From: Candidatus Aminicenantes bacterium
GTDB taxonomy: Bacteria > Acidobacteriota > Aminicenantia > Aminicenantales > Saccharicenantaceae
Reading direction: 5' to 3'
NCBI GenBank assembly: GCA_963719985.1
Contig: CAVRDU010000005.1
Span: 1,156,432-1,220,431 of the forward strand
Length of the DNA stretch: 64,000 bases
Shown: piece by piece, positions 59,196-64,000 of the stretch
Layout of the letters: each line of letters starts with the position of its first letter
How positions within the stretch are numbered: position 1 is the stretch's first letter
Made by a program: the position numbers and the translations under genes
The notes under the pieces: generated by a model
The model's database searches: none
Seen by the model: only the letters and a program-made list of their open reading frames with translations
What the model was told of the DNA's origin: nothing

Positions 59196-61787
59196 ATGAC
59201 CGATCCCGAATATTCCGGCGGCGTCGTCCGCGAGCTGGAGCGGCGCTTCCGCGTCGCGGCGCTCTTCCGGCGCTTCCGCGTTCGGCGGCACGAGCCGATG
59301 CAGGTCCTCGAGTACGACGCCCGGGGCGTCTGGCCGCCGCGCCCGGCCCGGCTCAATCTGTCCGTCGAACGGCACGTCGGCGGAGGATTCGCGGGCCAGG
59401 TCTACAAAGTCCGGGTCCTCGATATAGACGCGCCGGAGGGGCCCCTCGTGGGCCTCGAGCGGGGAGGGACGTATGCCCTGAAGGTCCTGGTCCCCGTTTC
59501 GGGCTTCGGGCGCTTCATCCGGAACCTCCTCTACGGCCTCGGCTTCCAGGCCGCCTTCGCCCCCCAGGTCAATCCGGACGCGGCCCGGGCGGGGGCCCTG
59601 TGGCAGAAGCTCATCCGCCGCGGGGCGCGGGAGCGGCTGGGATCGGAGCGGGCCGTGGTCGACGTCCTGGCCACCCTGGTCGACCCGATACTCGGCAGCT
59701 GCGGCGAGATCAGCGAGTGGGTGGACGGCCGGCTCTGGCGCTACGAGGTCGACGACGACCTCTTCGCCCGGCTCGGCTGGAAGCCCGGCCGGCCCGCCAA
59801 GGGCCTGGGCTCGCCGGAGTACAGGGCCAAGCGGGCCTTCATGAGGGACCTCGTCGGGCTCATGCGCGACATGGGCGCCGAGGAGCTCGCCCGCCAGTAC
59901 GAATGGTGGACGATGAAGAGCCAGCCGAACGCCCTCAAGCGACTGGAACACGACGGAGATCCGGACCTCGGACTTGTTGCCGTCGACTTCCGGGCCGGGA
60001 TGGCCCTGTTGCCCTTCCTGCCCCAATGCCCCGCCGACTTCAAGCTGATCCTCCGGGGCATCGGCCGCGGCAGCCTGGTCCAGTTCGACCGGGGCGACCT
60101 ACGCAAGCTCGAGGCGTACGCCGCCGCGCGGCCGGGGCTTTTCGGCGACATGACCGCCACTATCGAGGAGCTTAAAAAAGCCGACGGAGCCTATCGGGAC
60201 TCACTGCCCGACGTCGCCCATCACCATGTGCGGCTCCTCGCGGCGCCGCGGCTCTGGACGGCCATCCACGCCGCCTGGGTCCGGGGGTGGGAGATCCGGA
60301 ACATGGCCGACGAGCGAGCGGCGGCGGCCCTCGGCCGGAGCCGCCTCGCGGCGCTCCTCTTCGTCGGCCTCGGGCTCCTGCCTCTCCTCACGCCTGTCCT
60401 GTTCCTGCTCCGCTTCCCCGGCCGGTCGGCCGGCCTCTGGCTTCTGTGGCTCGCGCCCCTCCTGGGCCCCTTCGTCCGCCGGCTCTGGGGCCGGGGGGAC
60501 GTCAGGCGGCATGTCGCCGCCATCGTTACGAAGGGCGGCTATGTCGGCCGGGCCTTCCGCGGCCACGTGGCCGAGGCCCTGGTCGGGTGGCACAGGTCGG
60601 GCCGGGTGAACGACAAGAGGACCCTGGCCATCGCCGAAAGGCCCTGGCTCTACCTGCTCAACCGGCCGTTGGCGCTCCTCCCGCCGGGCCTGCACCGATT
60701 CCTGACGGACAAGGCCTATTTCAAAGAACGGCTCCACAGCATGTTCGTCAAGCCGTTCCTGCTCTACTTCAAGCCGTCGGTCCGCGCCGAGTGGCTCCGC
60801 GACATGGTCGAAGAGGGCCGCAAGAACCGCATGCTGAGCCCGGAGGAGGCGGAGCGGATCCTGGCCCAGATCGGCGAGCCCTACATCCAGAAGTACCTGA
60901 AGAGCCTGGCCGTCCACATGGCCACGCTGTTCGTCTCGGAGACGGTCTTCCTGACGATCGCCGCGATCTATGTCCTGGGACACCCCGAGTTCGGCTGGGC
61001 CGAGGCGACGGCCCGGGCCGCGCTCATCATCGGCGCGTTCAACCTCCTCCCGGTCTCTCCGGGCTCGCTCATCCGGGGATTCTATGTGCTGGGCCTGGGC
61101 GTCAAGGAGAGGAGCTTCAAGGACTACCGGCTGGCCCTGCCGGTCAGCTTCTTCAAGATCATCGGCTACCTGGCCTTCCCGCTCCAGATGGCCTATCGCT
61201 TTCCCGAGCTGGCCCGGTTCATGGCCGCCCATTGGGCCACGGAAGCCGTCCACATCATCCCCGTCTTCGGCGAGCGGGGCGCCTGGCTCGAACATGCCGT
61301 CTTCGACGCCTTCTACAACTATCCGCTGAGCCTCGGCATAAGGATCAGGAAGCGGGACGACCTCGCGGCGGCGAACAAACCCCGGTGGTGGGCCGTCCCG
61401 GCGACCGCGATCATCGGCGCGCTCTTCGTCACGCTGGCCGACTTTCTCTTCGTCCGGTCCGCCGGGAGGGTCCCGGCCCTCAAGGACATCTGGTGGGCCG
61501 TCTTCCTGGCCCCGATCGGGGCGGGGTTCCTGGCCTCGCTCTGGTCGCGGCGGAAAAAGATGGGGAGGAGGGTCGCGGCCGGGATCCTGGCCGGCGCGCT
61601 CGTCGGCCTAGGCTACGGTCTCGTCAACGCCTTCCTGACGCCCCTCGTCCCCGGCCTGGCCGCCGCGGCCGGAGAGACCGTAGCGAACGGCTCCCCGGCC
61701 CTGGCCATCCTCTGGAAGACCTTCATCTTCGCCCTGCTGGCCATCCCCGGCGCCTTCGTCGCCGAGACCCGCCCGCCAGGTGGATAA
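59196..61787 (+). CDS. Large membrane protein with an N-terminal UbiB/ABC1-like atypical kinase domain
   Basis: It has a GGGFAGQVYKV Gly-rich loop, YALKVL (a VAVK-like motif), an EISEWVDGRLW motif resembling the ABC1 E-W-I-D-G motif, and then more than 10 predicted TM helices. It is 863 aa. Confidence 0.7.
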   Translation: MTDPEYSGGVVRELERRFRVAALFRRFRVRRHEPMQVLEYDARGVWPPRPARLNLSVERHVGGGFAGQVYKVRVLDIDAPEGPLVGLERGGTYALKVLVPVSGFGRFIRNLLYGLGFQAAFAPQVNPDAARAGALWQKLIRRGARERLGSERAVVDVLATLVDPILGSCGEISEWVDGRLWRYEVDDDLFARLGWKPGRPAKGLGSPEYRAKRAFMRDLVGLMRDMGAEELARQYEWWTMKSQPNALKRLEHDGDPDLGLVAVDFRAGMALLPFLPQCPADFKLILRGIGRGSLVQFDRGDLRKLEAYAAARPGLFGDMTATIEELKKADGAYRDSLPDVAHHHVRLLAAPRLWTAIHAAWVRGWEIRNMADERAAAALGRSRLAALLFVGLGLLPLLTPVLFLLRFPGRSAGLWLLWLAPLLGPFVRRLWGRGDVRRHVAAIVTKGGYVGRAFRGHVAEALVGWHRSGRVNDKRTLAIAERPWLYLLNRPLALLPPGLHRFLTDKAYFKERLHSMFVKPFLLYFKPSVRAEWLRDMVEEGRKNRMLSPEEAERILAQIGEPYIQKYLKSLAVHMATLFVSETVFLTIAAIYVLGHPEFGWAEATARAALIIGAFNLLPVSPGSLIRGFYVLGLGVKERSFKDYRLALPVSFFKIIGYLAFPLQMAYRFPELARFMAAHWATEAVHIIPVFGERGAWLEHAVFDAFYNYPLSLGIRIRKRDDLAAANKPRWWAVPATAIIGALFVTLADFLFVRSAGRVPALKDIWWAVFLAPIGAGFLASLWSRRKKMGRRVAAGILAGALVGLGYGLVNAFLTPLVPGLAAAAGETVANGSPALAILWKTFIFALLAIPGAFVAETRPPGG
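61667..61777 (+). repeat. Direct repeat DR1 (111 bp): the functional 3' end of the 59196-61787 gene
   Basis: It is 108/111 identical to 62655-62765. Confidence 0.8.
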
Positions 61788-61980
61788 ACGTTCGTCGCGG
61801 AGAAGCCGCCACCGGATCTCAATTTCTTGATTCTCGTCCCCGGCCGGGGCCAGCGATCTCAAGCCGAGCGCGAAAAGGAAATTCCTTTCGTGAACGCCAA
61901 AGGGCGGATGTCCCGCGAGGGGCCCCCGTCCTTTTTTATTTTCGGGGGATTTCCATTATAATCGGGGCGGACCGACCTCC

Positions 61981-62487
61981 ATGGAAAAGGCGCTTCTGAT
62001 CATCGAGGAGATGACCCGCCTGGGGGTCATCAGGGCCTATGCCATCGGAGGGGGGGTCGCCGCCACGTACTATATCGAGCCCGTCTTGACCTACGATCTC
62101 GACATCTTCTTCATTCCGGTCAAGTCGGGGTTCGACGAGCTGAGCCCGGTTTATGACTTCGCCCGCAGCCGTGGTTATGTCGAAGAGGCCGAGGCCCTGG
62201 TCATCGAAGGGTTCCCCGTCCAGTTCATCCCGGCCTACAACGATCTCGTTCGGGAGGCCGTCACGAACGCGGCGACACTGGCCTACCGCGGCGTCCTGGC
62301 CAAGGTCGTCAGAGCCGAATACCTGGCCGCCATCGCCATGCAGACGGGGCGAGCCAAGGACCGGGAACGGGTCGTACGCCTCCTGGACGGCGACGCCGTC
62401 GACAGGGGCATGCTGGCCGACCTTCTTGAGAGACATGGCCTGGCGGAAAAGCTCAAAAAGCTCGAAGGCGGGACCGATGAAAAGTGA
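61981..62487 (+). CDS. Nucleotidyltransferase-fold protein (minimal NTase motif hG[GS]-x9-13-DhDh), hypothetical
   Basis: The segment AIGGGVAATYYIEPVLTYDLDIFF matches the minimal NTase G[GS] ... D-x-D pattern. It is 168 aa, with its own TATAAT promoter and a GGACCGACCTCC RBS region. Confidence 0.5.
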   Translation: MEKALLIIEEMTRLGVIRAYAIGGGVAATYYIEPVLTYDLDIFFIPVKSGFDELSPVYDFARSRGYVEEAEALVIEGFPVQFIPAYNDLVREAVTNAATLAYRGVLAKVVRAEYLAAIAMQTGRAKDRERVVRLLDGDAVDRGMLADLLERHGLAEKLKKLEGGTDEK

Positions 62488-62638
62488 GTCGGCAGAAGCC
62501 GCATTCGAGAAGAAGCGCCGCCGCCGCCGCCAGTTGGCCCGATTGCCGTTCGAGAAAAAGATCGAGATCGTCGTCGAACTCCAAAAGGCCGCCGCTGGCA
62601 TCCGCAAGAACTCCGCGCATCGGATCTGGCCGCTCTAG
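62477..62638 (+). CDS. Small basic protein (53 aa) with an R-x4-H (HEPN-like) motif, hypothetical
   Basis: The peptide is MKSESAEAAFEKKRRRRRQLARLPFEKKIEIVVELQKAAAGIRKNSAHRIWPL. It overlaps the NTase stop by 11 nt. Confidence 0.35.
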   Translation: MKSESAEAAFEKKRRRRRQLARLPFEKKIEIVVELQKAAAGIRKNSAHRIWPL

Positions 62639-62654
62639 CGCCTATTCCGGGGAC

Positions 62655-62765
62655 GGCCGGAGAGACCGTAGCGAACGGCTCCCCGGCCCTGGCCATCCTC
62701 TGGAAGACCTTCATCTTCGCCCTGCTGGTCATCCCCGGCGCCTTCGTCGCCGAGATCCGTCCGCC
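62655..62765 (+). repeat. Direct repeat DR2 (111 bp): a displaced duplicate of the gene 3' end
   Basis: It is the partner of DR1 and encodes an alternative C-terminus (...LLVIPGAFVAEIRPPYS). Confidence 0.8.
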
Positions 62766-62790
62766 CTATAGCTGACTCGAAGCTTCGGCT

Positions 62791-63945
62791 TTATCTCATC
62801 CGCCAGACGACCAGCTCCTTGTAGCCGTCCTGTCGTTCTGCGAGATGATAGATATGACCCCTTTTGGCCAGCGCGAAGAGGATGCCTTTGGATCTGCCGT
62901 AGGTCCCGTAATTGCCGAGGCTGACCCGCCCGGCGAAACCGCCGTCCTTCTCGAAAACATCGTACCAGTAATGGCCTTGCTCTCCTGATCCCTCGTAAGT
63001 CATTACGAACAGTCGGTCTTCATCATCGGCGAAGCCCATCTGAAACGGCGGGAACACCGTCGGGTATTCCACGTTGTCCCTGAACTCCTGCGGGAAATTT
63101 TCATACACCTTGACCAGGTCCTTCCGATCCTCCACCGACAGAGATACGGCCTGAAAGACTTTGCGGATGATCTTCTTCAGCTTGCCGCTCTTTTCGAAGC
63201 ACGCGACCTCATAGCCGGCCTCGCTGTTCCCATAAAAGACGTAATTTCTCGAGATGGCAAGGAGGATCGGCGCCTGAAGCGCTGGGAACCTCCGTCCGGG
63301 ACCTGGCCAAGTGCCCTTCCTTCGGCCGATCTCCTTCACGATCTCTAGATCAGGACCGCAGATGAGGATCCTCGAAATGGTCAGGCGTTCCACTGGATCT
63401 GGTTCCTGCTCGTGGGTGACGTAACGGCCGTCTCCCAGAGGGACGATCAAATAGGGCCGCCGAGATAGGGTTTTTTGCCGCAGAAAGACGCCGCTCCCGC
63501 CGAAGAACACCACCTTGCTCTGGGCACTATCCCAGGCCATGAGCTCGCCGCTCGTTTCGAAATAGGCACTGGTCAAGAGCCGGACCTCACCGGGCCCCTG
63601 GCCGGAGCGTCCGAAAGCGGACAGAAAGACGCCGGCCGGGCTGAACTTGAAGAAGTGGGCATCGTTGGACGATTGGCTCCAGACGAGGATGTTGCCGGCC
63701 GCGTCGACGTCGAAGGCCGCCGGATCGGAGAGACCACGCTGGACGAGGTCGGTTGAAGAAAGGTCGATCACCGCTTCCCGCCGCAATTCGAAGATGCGCG
63801 GAGGTGACGAATGATCGAGCCCCGGATCGTTCAAGACGATCTCGACGCCATCCTCCACGGAACGCACGACCGAGCTCTCTTTTTGCCGGCAACTGGTGAT
63901 CGCGAGGATCAGGACGAGGGGAATAACGCGGGCCAAACGTTTCAT
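62791..63945 (-). CDS. Lipoprotein, predicted beta-propeller (6-bladed TolB-like), hypothetical
   Basis: It has a signal peptide with an LAITSC lipobox and is 384 aa. Confidence 0.6.
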   Translation of the reverse strand: MKRLARVIPLVLILAITSCRQKESSVVRSVEDGVEIVLNDPGLDHSSPPRIFELRREAVIDLSSTDLVQRGLSDPAAFDVDAAGNILVWSQSSNDAHFFKFSPAGVFLSAFGRSGQGPGEVRLLTSAYFETSGELMAWDSAQSKVVFFGGSGVFLRQKTLSRRPYLIVPLGDGRYVTHEQEPDPVERLTISRILICGPDLEIVKEIGRRKGTWPGPGRRFPALQAPILLAISRNYVFYGNSEAGYEVACFEKSGKLKKIIRKVFQAVSLSVEDRKDLVKVYENFPQEFRDNVEYPTVFPPFQMGFADDEDRLFVMTYEGSGEQGHYWYDVFEKDGGFAGRVSLGNYGTYGRSKGILFALAKRGHIYHLAERQDGYKELVVWRMR

Positions 63946-64000
63946 GGTGACACACTTTCCGCGGGACGGGTTCCCTACTCGATGTGCGGGCCCCTTTCGG

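Larger units (their letters stand above)
61778..62654 (+). mobile_element. Roughly 0.9-kb inserted segment bounded by DR1 and DR2 (candidate integrated mini-element or integration remnant)
   Basis: It carries its own terminator-like hairpin, a promoter and a two-gene module. No integrase or transposase is present. Confidence 0.35.

Noticed and set aside
61908-61950. Rho-independent terminator after the 863-aa gene
   Set aside because: A GC dyad (GAGGGGCCCCC and CCCCCG ... CGGGGG) and T-runs are present, but the T-run falls inside the putative loop and not after the stem, so the call is ambiguous. It is mentioned only as supporting context for the insertion.

Overview
This is a 64-kb window of high-GC (about 70%) bacterial chromosome that spans the replication origin region and is mostly dense core housekeeping genes. 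The dnaA-dnaN pair is on the minus strand, with DnaA-box-like 9-mers upstream of dnaA and a short, strikingly AT-rich tandem repeat (TTTATTC x3) between dnaA and dnaN. Directly upstream sits a complete Mbh-type group 4 [NiFe]-hydrogenase operon (antiporter-like and Mrp-like membrane subunits plus NuoA/B/C/D/H/I-like subunits; the large subunit keeps both Ni-Fe Cys motifs). The rest is largely syntenic housekeeping: rpmB, rel, gmhB-like, a Memo-AMMECR1 fusion, the lolB-like-ispE-tRNA-Gln-prs-ctc-pth cluster, rpsF-rpsR-rplI-dnaB, radA-yacL-ispD-ispF, rpmH-rnpA-yidD-yidC-jag, mnmE-mnmG-parA-parB-bactofilin, pyrG, manB-manC, two M16 peptidases and an 863-aa membrane protein with a UbiB/ABC1-like kinase N-terminal domain. 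The accessory-looking content is: (1) an M14 carboxypeptidase followed by a sigma54-driven operon (secreted Ca-binding repeat protein, outer-membrane barrel, periplasmic protein, sensor kinase, NtrC-family regulator), sharing a regulatory intergenic region with a divergent ECF sigma / anti-sigma / CpxP-like module and a MacAB-TolC efflux set. (2) Two roughly 90% identical 210-270 nt elements in inverted orientation 21 kb apart (25.3 kb and 46.4 kb), with terminal inverted repeats and compensatory base changes that maintain hairpins, which suggests a structured ncRNA family or MITE-like repeat not explained by any gene. (3) A roughly 1-kb insertion at the 3' end of the 863-aa gene, bounded by 111-bp direct repeats that duplicate the gene's last codons, carrying its own terminator and promoter, a nucleotidyltransferase-fold gene and a small basic Rx4H protein (a possible minimal toxin-antitoxin or defence-like module). 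Several essential genes (hydrogenase large subunit, macA, pyrG, M16 peptidase) carry +1 single-base insertions, mostly in homopolymers. These are most likely assembly indel errors, not pseudogenes. No rRNA or CRISPR was found. One tRNA-Gln(TTG) overlaps the ispE stop codon.
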